A stretch of 58,862 nucleotides of DNA, counting the filler, from Porpidia crustulata (taxonomy: Eukaryota): the NCBI GenBank assembly GCA_964255105.1. It is 4 parts of 4 records of this genome, joined end to end, with 100 filler letters (N's around TTAATTAATTAA, not from the genome) between each part and the next. Parts side by side here need not be neighbours in the genome. Positions count along the whole stretch, not along the records: positions 1 to 14,662 come from CAXUWE010000364.1; positions 14,763 to 29,408 come from CAXUWE010000365.1; 2 more parts are not named here. One strand, 5' to 3'. Positions within the stretch are counted from its first letter, which is position 1. Each line of letters begins with the position of its first letter. The translations under genes were made by a program, and so were the position numbers. Positions 10,190-23,795 of the stretch are shown here, piece after piece. Below the pieces are notes generated by a model. It worked only from the letters and a program-made list of their open reading frames with translations. It did not search any database and had not been told where the DNA came from.

Positions 10190-12650
10190 CTAAATGATCA
10201 GCATCTCCTGCATAGTGGAAGGAGGTAGAGTGATGAGAGCGTTCCATTCATAGATGCCTCTCCATTCCCAAGCAGCCCCGTCATGCGATCCGCAAATCAC
10301 CATTACATAACCGAGCACACCACGATATCGTGAACCCATACTTCTGGGGCCTTGGCAAGGAAGAGCTTGGAGCATGGCACCGCCTTTGAATCCACGAAGG
10401 TACTGGTCGGCTATCTCTGCGCAGAGATTGGAGGGTTCAGAGGGTGATTCAAGAATCTCGAGATCTGGAATACGATGAACAACCCACCTTACGCGCAGCC
10501 CTTCTTTGGTGAAAAACCCCTTACAGGTCTCACTCCCGTCGTAGGCAGGATATACCTTCGAGACCTTATCTAGGTCTCTATTGTGCTGTAGCACATTGGG
10601 TAGGTATGGCGCCCAACTGAGCCCTGGATGACCCTGTACTCTTTGTGCGCTTGAGATCAATGAGCCGGTTTTGATTTCCTTCCCAATCTGGCGCTTCCAC
10701 ATCTCGACAGGACTTCTATCCTCCACGTCACCTATTAGCAAGCTCCATATCAACAGGTCATCACCGTCACGTGTAGCGTGCCTGTGGCTCAGTAGGGTAG
10801 CAGCCTCGCCTATACTGAGGAAGCCATTTTCAAGCTCCAGATCAAGCTCTGAAACGAAGTATTCGCCGAGAAAATACGGATCCTCAGAGATGGTCACGGG
10901 TGGGAATAGGTAGTCTCTACTAAGGAATAAAGTGACTAAATCAATTCGTCCTTCCGCATGAACAGACTTGAGAAGCTTCTCCAGGCTGACGACCATATTG
11001 TGAAGACACAAAACGTAAAGGCCAAACCTTCCACGCATAGCCTCCAACAACGTCCATGCCCGTACACTCCAACCGCACACCAGCAGAGTTGCAAGAACGG
11101 ACTCGTACGCATCTATGGTCTGACCAGAAATATCGATCGTCATGACGTCTCTATCACATATCAGCGTCTTTACACTGGTAGCAAAGACGCTTGTGATTTG
11201 CGATATACACTCCCAGCGCAGGTCTTTCTCACTTGGTATACATGGAGTATCCATCCAATAGGACTTACAGTCTAGCGAGGCGGCCAGATCTGCATAGCGG
11301 CGATGGAGGCATCGATTAAAGCCTGTGCCTTCAGGGCCCAATCTGTCTGGCCTGCCCCCTTGTCCATGGCTCCATACATGCGAGATAGTGAGCGTGTTTT
11401 CGGTAACTTTACAATATCGCAAAGTCTCTCCGTCTGTTGAAGAAATATCGACTGCCCTCGCACCAGTAATACCTCTAAACGAATCACTGCTCCAAAAAAT
11501 CCGTCGGCAAGAACCTTGACACTTAACGTTGTGCATCGATTGGTCCCTGATCTCTGTGTTCATGAAACGCTTGCAATCATGTGATGACCTGCCATCACAT
11601 TGGGTCGGACCAAGATTACATATCGGCAGTCTTTCTCCAAATTGAGCGTGATAAAGATCGTGGAAGCGCCTAAAGTCCATTGTTACGCTTGCTCGCTCGT
11701 TTCGTAAGCTTTGCAGTGACCATCCACAAAGGTAAGGTGTGCGATGCAAATGTTGCAAGTGTTGCCGATCAAGGAGCTCATGAATCTCTGGGATCAGTTC
11801 TGTGCCTTTACGATAAAGCGACGAATTGCTTTGATAGTCATAGCCACGAAGCTGTAGTTCCATATGCAACCGAAGCTCCAGCATCAAGCATCTCTGCCAT
11901 AAAGTCCAGAGATAGGCACACACAACTACCCATCTCGGATCCGGGTCAGGTTCTTTGGCCGATGTGTCAACGGCCAGTTTGAGTAAGACTAAGATGGAGT
12001 CAACGACTTTTCCACCAGGTATATTGCTACATTTAATGTGGCGGAGGTCGGAAACTGCGTGGTGAAGAGCGAAGCGAAGGACAAAGTCATCGACGTACTG
12101 TGTCACTCGCAATCGTAACCAATCAATGTCTGGAACGGAGTCGCGCGTTGTTGTCACTTCCAGATCTCTGGAGCTGATAATCTTGTAAAGCTGCCGCGTC
12201 GAAAGGCAATGCCTTAAGTATATTTACAGCGGTAGCTGGCAGCTGACATAGTCAGCGGCAAGCCCTTTGCACCACCTGGCGTTGACCCCAGCATCAGCAT
12301 TATTGTCGGCCTCATATGAGGTACATCATCTATAATGGAAAGTCGGGACTAACAGCATCTTCGGCCAATATCGGGGTTCCAAAGGTTTTCCATAAGAAAG
12401 GCTTAAATGTTCTATCAAGTTCCGATATATGATTCGATGGGTCGTGTACGCTTGAGAAAAGTGCCTGGCAGAATTGTCTCACTGATTTGGGAGGTTCTCG
12501 TCTGTTGTTTGCGTTGTGCGAATAATAATCGAAATAATGAAATGTATCGGCGTAATATGATCGTCGAGTTGGTTCGTCTCTCCAAATTTTGCGAAGGCGG
12601 TCAAGGGAGACGGTATTTGGTCCAGGTATCAAGGCCGTGAATGTTGCCAT
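10190..12650 (-). CDS. HET-domain protein (SHVWSHGQGG type); 5' part frameshifted, possible pseudogene
   Basis: A 655-codon open frame (10190..12157) contains LTISHVWSHGQGGRP, YWMDTPCIP and WSVRAWTLLEA. The upstream ORF from ATG 12650 joins only through frame changes near 12335 and 12222. Confidence 0.8.
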
Positions 12651-13386
12651 CTCATTCGCTTTGTGTTCAGAATGCGCCAAACTGGCAGCAAGATTAGAAA
12701 AAACCGGAAACGGAACCTACTGAAAGATTGATCTTGCCGCCACTCACATTCAAGCTTGCGGGTAACGATACCTTGGTCTTCAATGGGTTCTAATAAGAGA
12801 TGGTAAAACGGCGGTGTCGTGGAGGTATTTTCTTAGGCTGACTTTCGCCTTTGTTAGGCTGATAATGCTGCTGCACGACTTGCATTACACTCGGCCGAAT
12901 TCAAGTTGTGGCTGCAGCCAAGTAAGGATGCTCGTCCACAGCTAGCGAGTCCTCCAGAACACAGCAATCTACTATAGGGGGCCGCTTACCTTAAGCCGAG
13001 CTGCAACGAGCTAAGAAGGTAGTCCAATATGTTATATAAAAGCTAGCTTCCTATCTTTCGCCGCCAAGGTCAAACAAACAGGAAGTGAAGGTGGATCATA
13101 TGGAAGAAGACAACGAGAAATACAGTGGGGATGCCGTCAAAAGAACTACGTATATTCTGGCGTCTATAAGGAGAAGAGGTTAGGTTGCTGTCGTGGGCAT
13201 GTCTGCGTCGAAGTGTTGGATCAAGTTCGCCGCTGTCCTTCATCTATACGAGGCGAGCCTGTAAACCCTCTCGATCTTGATCTCAGTACTCATGTTGGCA
13301 AACAAGCACAATGAAAGTCTTGGGACTGAACTATCATAAGGATTCTGTAAATCGGTAAAAGTAAAAGCAGAAGCCTCTGGGAGCCT

Positions 13387-13988
13387 TCATCCGCTATACT
13401 TCTTGATCAGCTCCAACATCTCACTTTCCGCACCCCTTACCCTGGCCAGCTCCAGCACCGGATCTCCCGCCCTATCCGTATCCGCCCCTTCTTTGAGTAA
13501 GAACTCAAAGAGCTCCTTTTTTTTTTAAATATTACGGTCCATTCCAGCACGCATCCCTGATGCCTGCTGAACTCGTGGTCCTTCCAACGTGGGTTATGTT
13601 CTAGAATGGTTTCCCATATGCCTACACCGCCGTCCATGGCGTTTACCAGGAGCCGTTCGACACTGCGGTTACTGGTGGAAAGGAGGGATGGATACTGATT
13701 GATGAGGTAGCGGAAAAGAGCGGCGTTACCGTTACGTGCAGATTCATGGGCAAGGTATTGAGTTGGATTGAGAGTTGGATTGGAGGAGAGGGTTTCCTGG
13801 GAGTAGTCTTCTGGGATTGGGTGGCGGGAGAGGAGGTAGGCTGCTATCTCTGGGCTGCCATTCTTGGCAATTTGAGAGAATAGCTGGCGGTCTTGATCCT
13901 CGAGGAGAGAGCGGAGCGCAGGGAGATTATTGGTGGACATGGCACTGAGGAGTGGGTTCTTTGCTGACATTCCGAAGGGAAGCTTCAT
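13387..13988 (-). CDS. Ankyrin-repeat-like protein with a frameshift in an A10 tract
   Basis: ANK-like segments (AKNGSPEIAAYLL, ARNGNAALFRYLI). After the A10 run (13517-13526) the other frame continues ELFEFLLKEGADTDRAGDPVLELARVRG...KKYSG*. Confidence 0.7.
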
Positions 13989-14662
13989 CCCTAAATTTAT
14001 CGGTGATTCAGGTGTCTGTGAAGCGGCCTGTGAAAAGAGGATAGTTGGAGATTTTTGATAGACTAGGAGAATCAAAGAGGCCTTCTAATCGTATGCAGAC
14101 TGCGTCACACGACAGCGCCAAACCTCCTGTGAATTGTATGCTGTGCAACAGCAATCAACCAGCCATTGTATTCTTGAGCAATACTAACCCGGATCTACAA
14201 AACGTTACATCACTTGGTCAATTGTGCCTCTGTCTTGAACATAACATTTGAGATACAAGTGCAGGCACAGATCAGTAACACTGCAAAGTAGCGCATCCTA
14301 CGCGACTAAAGGGCGTAAATCGAGAAATCAAAAGGGGCATTCCGCGGAGCTGCTATCTCACTGCTTCTCGAGGCTGAACCCTCAACTGCTTGCAACTTGC
14401 ACCCACACGTTCACTATGCCCGTTAGAGGCGGCGAGGAGATTTTAATTACCATAGCGGCGAAACTACTGTTGAGCTTGGTTAATAGAAGTCTATCGTTTC
14501 AGATGTTGCGCACTGCAGTCGTCAGATGCTCATACTAACCAGTGATCACGCTTTTCATAGATGCTTCGCGGGGGTTCTTGAAGATAAGTCCACTCTCTAC
14601 GCCTCTCCCTGTTACGATCAGACCTTCCCCAACATCCCCAGCAGCCCACCGGATCAAGGTGG

Positions 14663-14762
14663 NNNNNNNNNNNNNNNNNNNNNNNNNNNNNNNNNNNNNN
14701 NNNNNNTTAATTAATTAANNNNNNNNNNNNNNNNNNNNNNNNNNNNNNNNNNNNNNNNNNNN
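14663..14762. other. Artificial contig linker
   Basis: N44-TTAATTAATTAA-N44, which places stops in all six frames. Confidence 0.99.
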
Positions 14763-15882
14763 AATGGAAGGCGTGGGGCCTTGGGGGACCTGAGAGGCTT
14801 GGGTGGGAGGAAGAGCATGTGCTTGGCGACCTGAGGTTGTAGTTATGGGGTCCTGGAAGACCTGAGCAGAAGAAGGACCGTATGGTTGACTCCCCGAGGT
14901 TGTAGCCATGGAAGGTCCCGGGACCGAATGGTGAGGTGAAGTTCGGGATCCGTACTGGTGAGTTTGGAGGCTTTGTTGGTCGGTAGCCGTGGTGAGAATA
15001 CCCGCAGGGTTGAGGTATCCTGCTGCTGCGGCAGTGCTCCAAGTTGCTGGCGGAATAAGACGATGTTGAGTCGTTGTAGGGGTGAAGCTGGGCACCGCTT
15101 CTGACTGTCGTTGGTAGTCGAAGGGCGGAGGTGGATCTAACGGCCAATAGCTTGTCGGGGTGGTCTGCTGTAGGTTGTACGGCACATCGGATATGGAAGA
15201 TTGCGGATGGGGTGGAGACGTCCATGACGAGGGAAAGCTAGACGGTCCACCATAGCTGTGGCTATTGTACCAAAACGATATTTTAGCAGGTCCCTTGTAT
15301 GAGGAAAGATGGTCTTACTTGTGTGTTTCGGCAGGCCCGTTTCTGCTCCATTCATGGTTCGTCAAGGCCGCATTGGGGTTCCGACCGCTATGGAGAGGGA
15401 CAATCTACCGAGATACAGGTGGATCGAAAGGATTTAGCCTAGCTTGCTTAGTGATTGCGACGGAGTGAGTGCCCGGACACGTACACTTCACCATTACGAT
15501 TGATGAATGGCTGGAACCCACGAGCAAAAGTAGTGCCTTCGAACCAGAGTGTAAGGCCATTCAAGTCGGGTGGCATTGCTAGCGCTGGATTTCCCCTCAT
15601 ACGCCGATTGATATTCCACCTTTTAAACCAAACTTTTAGTCGAGAATCCCATTGATTATGGCTGCGAGTCGTCATTATCAATTTTGAGTTCGTCCGAGCG
15701 GTGCGGAGCAATACCTACCTAGCACTACACACTACTCCACAGTGAATAGATAGATACTCAAACAGAATGTCAAAGAGCTCCTTCACCTTGGAGACCGGCT
15801 TGCCATCGACAATGAACCATTGAAAGAACTGCAATCTAAAGGGCTCGAGTCGTTTGGTGGATGCTGCTCTGTGAGTAGCCAT
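14763..15882 (-). CDS. Clr5-like domain protein with Pro/Ser/Gln-rich tail, 3'-truncated by contig end
   Basis: ATG at 15882. The spliced N-terminus LEPFRLQFFQWFIVDGKPVSKVKELF...CSAS|HNQWDSRLKVWFKRWN (intron 15718..15662) resembles the Clr5 pattern. Further GTACGT and GTAAGA introns lead into ORF 14763..15185. Confidence 0.55.
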
Positions 15883-18800
15883 GATGAGGAAGAGACTGTT
15901 GGTACTTGAGGAGAAATCTTATATAAGACTGGGAATCTCGTTGTTCAGCTGGGGAGCGCAATGAAAAAGCATAACGGGCAGCCTGGATCGAATGAAATAG
16001 ACGAAGGGGCTCGAAGCTGCATGAGAACGCAGAATGTGACAGGTCACTCTCACGAAAGTATGGTGATCTAATTGAAGGCCTTCAACCACATAATTGCTCG
16101 ACAACGGCTGAGGCGACCGAAAATGAGCAATTGACATATCAGAAACAAATACTACCGGAATTTTAGCAGGGGTTTGGCAGTTGGATTTCGGAAATCGGAA
16201 CTAGCGCACGTCAACCATCGGCTATGCAATGTAATATGTAGGAAAATGGCACCATTAGCCCCAGCTCCGCATTTATAAGCCTACGTATACCATCTTGACA
16301 TTGCTCCAGTGACCAGATCCGAGAAATTATGATTAGGTCCCCCGTATGCACGATTTGAGCTTTATCTGTGAAAAGACTTGACACACCATTGACACTTTGA
16401 TAAAATCCCTGACCAACGAAAAACCACTTGGCATAATTTCATCGTCAAGCCTCTTATTATTCCCGAGGATGAATGACATCAGAATCAGGTCTGTCATGGC
16501 TTTTCAAATACCGTCTACTGACCAATATCAGGTATACAGTCTTAGTATCGACGAAAAATGGTATCTGGCAGTCGTGTTGCTGCACAAGTGGGTGGAATTA
16601 TAGGCTCAAAGCTTTGCATCTACCAGTATGCAAATAAATCTTGAGGGTTATGTGAAGGACATTGTTCGAAGAGGAACTCAAGTCTTTCACGCTAAAATCT
16701 TTTGTACCTGTAGCAGATTCTTTCGAATGTGTAACAAACTTTCTGGGCATAGAGAGCAAAGACGGTGGTTTTGGCTGCTCGCGGGATGAGCCACGGGCTC
16801 CTATGAGTTATTGGCAATGATTAGATGTCTGCTTCTAAGGACCTTCAGGCATTCAACTGACCTATCAGGACTGCCTGTGTAGGCTTAGGTGACCGAGAGA
16901 GCGAAGTAAGTTGAAGGAAGATATTGGCATTACACGTTCCGAGGGTTGCTGGCCGTGTAGAACAACTTGTCCACGGTCGGGAAATTGACCCGAAGTCTAA
17001 TTTCTCAGCTTCGACAGCAGGCGTATCAGGACCTGAGTCATAATTCACGAGGTCATCCGTGACAAAATGTAGATTCTTTTCCGGACTTTGTCGCTTGCGA
17101 AAAAGCTGACTGTCCTAACTTACACTATTACCGAAAGGCTTGAGAAAACAAAATGGGGGCGGATCCTTGGACCCTAAGCGCCGGCACGGACTAGTCTGGA
17201 AAGACATAGAAACGTAGGTATAGCAGCACGATTCTAAAACACGAACTCCAGAGTAGCGTGTGAGACAGCCCAGTTATCTCACCTTCAACGTGTGGCGGGT
17301 CGTAACGTCGGCCCCTGCAACATTATGTGCAATATTCTATTCCATTACTAGTGCCGACAGCCTTTTTTAGAAGTAAATTCCTCATGGATAGGGACGGAAA
17401 ACTTCAAATTTGCTAATGAAAAGATCACTGCTCCAACCCGTGGCCAGCAAAGAGAGCGCATAGTACGCAGTTTGGGCCCCTGCCCCATGCGACCTAAAGA
17501 CAAGAGGCTTGCTGATTTGGAATGGAAAGGACGCGCTCAATTCAATTTAGCGAGGATTGACTGAAAAACTCGATAGTAAATTCCGTGATTAGGGCGCGCA
17601 CTCATTGTTCAGCGTGGACTGTCGCTCACGACTCGCGGAAATGCCACCAAGACTTCAAATTTTAGAGCTCAGCTCACGGATCAGAAGGTGCAAAGTGATA
17701 TAACTTATCTCAAGTATTGATATTATCTCCCGCATTTGGAAATTCAGGCGCTATCGAATCTCGATCTTTATCCTCATGTGCCTACCTAGTCGCGTTACAC
17801 AGCGGAGCCTGGTCTGGGACAATGATAGCCAGTGAGGAGGTTGGAGGCGGCCTCATTATGAAACAAAACAAAGGCCATTTTATGGGCAAGTCCTGACCCG
17901 TTCGTAAGCTGTCCTTGACCCAAGAAATCAGCACACATAATTTCTAGTACAGGAATGTTAGAATGTTGTAGAGAGATATGTTTTTCGTGCTATTAGCTTG
18001 CGAATTGGTTCAGGGCCGTCACACCGTATGGAGCTTGTCCATCGCTACCGCTTCTCCAAACCCTTTCCCCTTCTTCGGAGAGCGAGAAGGGTCACTTTCG
18101 CGGACGCTTTCCGAGCCTGACGCTTAATCCATGGTCACGTTCGAAGTTTTGCAGCTCCGATAACGACAAGGCTGTGAGTGAAATTTTCAGACTACGCCAA
18201 TGCCGGTGCCCTTCGTACTAAATTCTTCGTGGTGCCTCATACCAAGATCCTGACAGTGCGAGGAGTGGGTTGAATGATGCATAGTGACTATTTCTCCTCC
18301 CAACAAAGTCCTCATTCTATGTCTTCTCTAAACGGCTCCAGTCCAGGTTGTTCGACCGTACCAGCTACGCCATACCCACATGAAAGACCTTGTCCCCGAC
18401 CGAGAAACCTCTCTGGGAATATCGACCTTCAATTCGGGGAGAGACCCCTATCTCGATATTGGGCAGCTCGCACTGATTTCCACCTCCACAAAAGAGTCAA
18501 CACTATTGATGCGGTCTGGGTCTCTATTACTAAGTCCGTATTTCAATCTGGTCCAGCCAAAGTCTGCGTTGTTACTGTTCCTCATGACAGCAATAGAAAC
18601 ACCGCGGAAACCTGGCAATGGTGTTATCATACCATGGAATATTCCCGGATCTTAGCCAGTCAACCCCTTGTCTCTTCACCCAGCGATGGAAGTAAAGAGC
18701 ATAATTCCTGAATGAAATTTGAAGACTTTGACGCTGGGAGGCTATCGGGGTGGGCTTGATGAGCCGCCGTGGATTGGAAATTCTGATGTTCCCATTATGA

Positions 18801-21260
18801 TTACAGGAATACAGCAAGTTGGATTGAATCGAAAGGTGAGAGATTGCTTAGTTTCTGGACGATTTGATTGCTAAGGCGTGATCATGCAGAGTTTCCTGTC
18901 CCACGAAGACTACGCGGATTGCAATCTCGTTCCTCCGATCAAAGCTTTCCAACACTTGAGGCCAGATTTTTGCTCGCTGATGAAGGCCAAGGGCAGTCGG
19001 TCGGCAAGCCGGCCTCGGAGACAACACTGCGGTAGTCCTTGGAGGAAGGTACTGAACACGATTGTTCAACAGCTCACCGCATTAGCATTTCATGTGCTTG
19101 TTTCAACTACCTAGGCCTAGGACCTGAGTGCCTTCCACACTACAGCATAAGAGCCTTCTTGAGGTAGTAGCACAGGAGCGACAGGGGTGCTGTAAAATAC
19201 TTTTGTATATAGCAGCTGCAGTGCCAATCGCTGGTCTGCGGGGACTCGAATAAGAAATTTAAATCTACATGGGACAGCAAGGATATCAGACACGTAGGCA
19301 TTGACTCATCGTCGATGCACGCGTTGCTCCGCTTTCCGCGGAACCCCTTTTCTGCGCAGATAGCGATGTTCCCAGTGAACGCGCCGTCAGGTTTGGTTTG
19401 TTCTGCACAGGGGTGTATCTGGGCTTGTAGATCCTAAGACGTGTTTGATAAATACATAGCTGCATTCCTATTCGTAATGGCTACGATATCGTATTTTGTT
19501 AACAGCGTATGTCCCCTGACCGTGGCCTCGATCACATTCTGCCCCGAGATCTTACAAATTACAGACGCCAAGCTTTGTTGGATCTCCTTTTGATGTACTA
19601 GTCCCTACTGTGGACGCACGGACATATGTGTCAGATGTTTGTATGGCGGAAATCTCGCACAAGTGTGAACATGGCCTAGCGTCGAGTAGAACAGTAAGAA
19701 TTCCAAATTGGAAAACGTGCATTGCATCAGTCTCGGCTAGAGACACGAATGTTAATCCTGAGTAATCAACCAAATCTAGGAAGCCCATGTATGACAACAG
19801 TAGGATCCAGCTCAGACGTAGTTTCGACGTATCGTTACTTGCCGATCGCCATTGGTTCCTAAACTGCGTGTAAGTTGGCTCTGTTCGGGTCAAGCATTCC
19901 GGCGTCCTCGGCGCCCGGCTTTGTTACGTTTGACATTCTCCTCGAATGTTTAGGCTTAGAGCAACGTCTTGACCCCTGTACAGTAGTATCGCTGATAGTC
20001 ATTCTAAGCCTGGCCTGCAGATAACCCCCGGTCCTATGAGCCAACCACGACAGGAATTAACTTAGCATTGGTAGCGTATGTTTTCATGTTTTGCATCCGG
20101 ACTTCCTCTGCGCGTCTCAGTACGTGTTGACAAGGGTCCAGGCCCAACAATCCACATTTTCTAGCACGTTTTGTTGCCAGTTTCATGTAGTCGATATGCT
20201 CGTGCGCAGAGAGTGGAGCTTTGAAGCTTGTAAACGCCATTTTTTGGGAACCTGGTTCGAATATTTTGAGATATGTCATAATTTCCTGTAGTCTGTAAGC
20301 CAATAACATGCTTCTCCTGCCTCGCCGAAGAGCGGTTCTAAATGGCAGCGACGTTTGGAGCAAAGGACAGCCACCAACTGATATTTGAGTGCACAGCGGC
20401 TGTTATTAACTAGGAATAGTCAGCTAAGCCAAGTTTCGTGTCTCAAAAACCCCTTTTGTACAGATACCATCATAAAAGCAAGCACCTGAAATTGGCTAAC
20501 GCGAGAGCATGCCAACCTAAGAATATGCGACCAGCAGTAAGCTCGACCGCACGAATTTACTATATATAGGCCGTGGATCCCTCGTTACAGTATCTGGCAG
20601 AGACACTCGAAACTCACTCGAATCATATCCTTTAGGTCAGAATTTTCTAGGCTTATACCCGACAGTGAATCGCCATTCTACTTCTCGAGTACGACGGCCT
20701 CGAACGTCCATGGCTCCCCCTCCCCGCCCTTCTCCTCACCCACCGAATCCTCTACCTCCACAACAGCCCATGGAAGGTGCGAAAGAGGCGCACCCAAGCT
20801 GGCAAGTAATGAAATCGTTCTAGCGAGAGGACCATTGTGGAGGCGTCAAATTACCTGTCTTCATCTTTCGAAGAAGAAAGTATTGGCGAAAACGGTCCAC
20901 GCAATGGTCAGTACCAATTCGGAACACCTCCCTTACGAGACTGTCTGACACGTTTCGGCAGCATTCACTTGCATCTTATTGCACTAGACATCTCGGCATC
21001 AAAAGTTGCAATGTTTTTTTGAGGGGTTGGTTTTCGGACGCATGGTAGATCAAGCAGGCTCCCTGTCCTAGGCCATGAACAGAACAAGGAATTTCATGAG
21101 ATGTCGCCGAAAGCTCGAAGGCCACCGTTGGAAGAGAACTAGCAATCCTTTGTATATCTTTGAGCTTGTACTTTCCCTGTTTAGATTTTGTTATTTAGCA
21201 ACTGAACAAGTCCATATCGCTTATCTGAATCTTCAATGTCGGCTTTAAGTTCACAACACC

Positions 21261-23695
21261 TTAGATTATGACCTGCTCATCAGACAGGCTATATGGCCAG
21301 TCCAAGAGTCCATCGAGCATCCAGGCCTCGTCACCAAAGCTGTCGCTTGGAATTATTGTATCCCCCATTGAGTTCGGCGGAGCAAGGCTTGACTCCGCAG
21401 CTGAGCTGGCTGAACTATCAACAGCCAAGTCGGGATTCGTGGGGTTCTTTATAGCAGCTGGTGCGTAACATTAGAGTCTTGATGTCAGATTTTTCACACA
21501 ACACTGCTTACAATCCAGATTCCCTTTGCCTCGGGCTTGAAATTCTTCCCGCCACCGCCATACTGAATCATAGACGAGACTCATACTCATGCGGCATCTT
21601 ACCTTAAGCTGAAGAGAGCTGTCGAGACTATTGCCATTGTTGTGTGACATTCCAAGGCCACTGCCACCACCTCTCCACAACTGCGCCTGAACTTCTGCCA
21701 AACGGCTGGGCAGATCGTTGAACGCAACGCTTATGGACCTAATAGCCCGTATAGTACGAGTGAACAGAGTCTTTCCGTATTCAGCATCAACATGGTCAGC
21801 AAAAGAACTATCCAAGAGCTTCAGCAGCGCAAAGCCGGCAGCAACAATCGTCTGCAGTATATAGTTGGGAGCATAAGTAAGAATATAACCCGCGGAGGTT
21901 TTGAGGCTAAATGCACATTCTAGGAAATCAGATATTGAGAACCAGAGCGCAAGAAGATTTGCGTTGTGATTAGTAGATGCTGGAATATCAAAGAACACCA
22001 CCAGACTCAGGTGAAGACCTGCAGCGCGAAGATAAAGAGCGTTGACAGCTATAAGACCATGCCGCCAGGATCGTTAGCTCTCAGGAATGCAATATGCCCG
22101 TCTCTAAAAAGTGGCATTTTGCAAGTCGTGGCGGCGAGGAGACACTTACACGATGTTGTGGGCACTAGCTTCTCCTTTAAGTCTTGATAGTCCTTCATTA
22201 AGAAGCTCACTATAACTGATCTTTGAGAGTCATCCGCCAGGCCGACAGGGTTCTGATGGTTGTTATACAAAGCCTTTGTTACTCTATTGCAGAATCTCTC
22301 AATCGTCAACATGGCGCCAATATCATCCGGGCTGAGGCTAGCTTCGTTTGGGCCAGATGAAGCGAGGGTCCAATCGTAAAATGCAGATGAGGGTTGACCG
22401 TACCCAGTCGCGACACTGGCAAGTCAGCAAATATTTGAACGGCGTTGATGCCCCTTTCGTACGTACCGTTGTGCAGCAACATTACAAGCAGCCCACGTTC
22501 TTACTCTGTCTTTTAAATCCTCTTCTCTCAGCTCGATTCTGACTTTCGTATAGGCCTGGCTGTGCAAAGGCCATTGGATCCCGTATGATAATGAAAGTTG
22601 GATTGCCAGGCCGCTCAATAAAAACGTCGGATCGGAAGAACTACTACTTATTGGCATTGGCCATATTATAAGTATGCACAATGCTTTTACAACAATGAAA
22701 TTCTGAGGTAGGCCTGCTATCGTTGCCCAGAGCAAGCGCGTCACTGGCCCAGACATGGAATTCAAGAGAAGAGGATATCGAGTGTTATGACGAGCGCCAA
22801 CTGTTGCTATGACCCAAAAGAGGAGAGAGGACGCAGCATAATATTCATCTGGTGACTTTGTTGGGTCGAGCAGAGGGAGGAACGGGTGGTGCAAGGTGAA
22901 GAAACTGGTACATCTCGTTACATATCTTTTCGATAAAGGATGATTATGGCACGACATACTTATGGAACAAGTCTTGAATACAGTCTTCAGTCAGGAGGAC
23001 ATTTTCCAATCGCCGCGATGCAAGGGGATTTCCGTTTGGACTTCTGGCGAGCGATCCACCATCCAATCCGGACTTGAGATCCATCAGGGTAGAGACAGCC
23101 TCTTCTGAGCCCATGTACTGGTCAAGGGCTGACGGTAATTGTGAAATGCCAGGACTTGCAGACGAACTTATCATTCCTGGGAGGAGAGGCGTTGTGGGAG
23201 ATGAAGCATGGCTGGCAAGCTTCGACCGAAGTTCAACAATTTCCCTTTCCATCTCGGCATTTTTACTACGCTTTCCAATTCGCTTGAAATTCTGCTCTAT
23301 TTTGCATTGAAGATTCAGGCGACGACACCGCTCACAGGGAATGTAGCTTGGTGTTTGAACGACATCACACCGCAGCTGTGACTTTGTTAGTTCCAAAAGA
23401 ATGAGACAGGTGCTTCAGGTTGAGCTTGATCAGTTACCTTCTGCTGGCGGCAGTCATTGCAGGCTTTTTTAACGCCAGGGAGTTTCCTTTGACCTTCGTG
23501 TCTTTCCAGGCCACCTTTGATGCTTCCCGGGGAGCTATCCCGCTCAAAATGATGCTGAGATTTTTTTCGGGAACTGCCACCTACCGTCTGGGTGCTTGTA
23601 GGACTAGTGATAGGGCTCGTCAAATCGTTTCTATCAGTGCTGCTCTCATGCTTGATAGTCAGGCTCGATGCAGCCCTTCCATCCAGAAAGCTCAT
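21261..23695 (-). CDS. leuB: Zn2Cys6 transcription factor, Leu3/LeuB orthologue, 6 exons
   Basis: KKACNDCRQQK|LRCDVV..PCERCRRLNLQCKIEQNFKRIGKRSKNAEME, a fungal TF middle region (HHPFLPLLD), RCRMSMSLVYDSVWRWREEF and an acidic C-terminus WMLDGLLDWPY. All introns are canonical and in phase. Confidence 0.85.
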
Positions 23696-23795
23696 TGAGA
23701 CTGTTGCAGGTCCGATCCGGCCCGGGAGTTTCGTTTCGAAGTTGAAAGGGGTGGAGCGGAAACACAACGGTCCGGGCAGCCATCAACGGGACTGC

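Noticed and set aside
14707..14718. TTAATTAATTAA palindrome recurring about every 14.7 kb as a biological periodic repeat
   Set aside because: It is a synthetic linker embedded in N runs.
23705..23730. Leu3 autoregulatory site in the leuB leader
   Set aside because: The CCG/CGG triplets are spaced by 3 nt, not the CCG-N4-CGG consensus.
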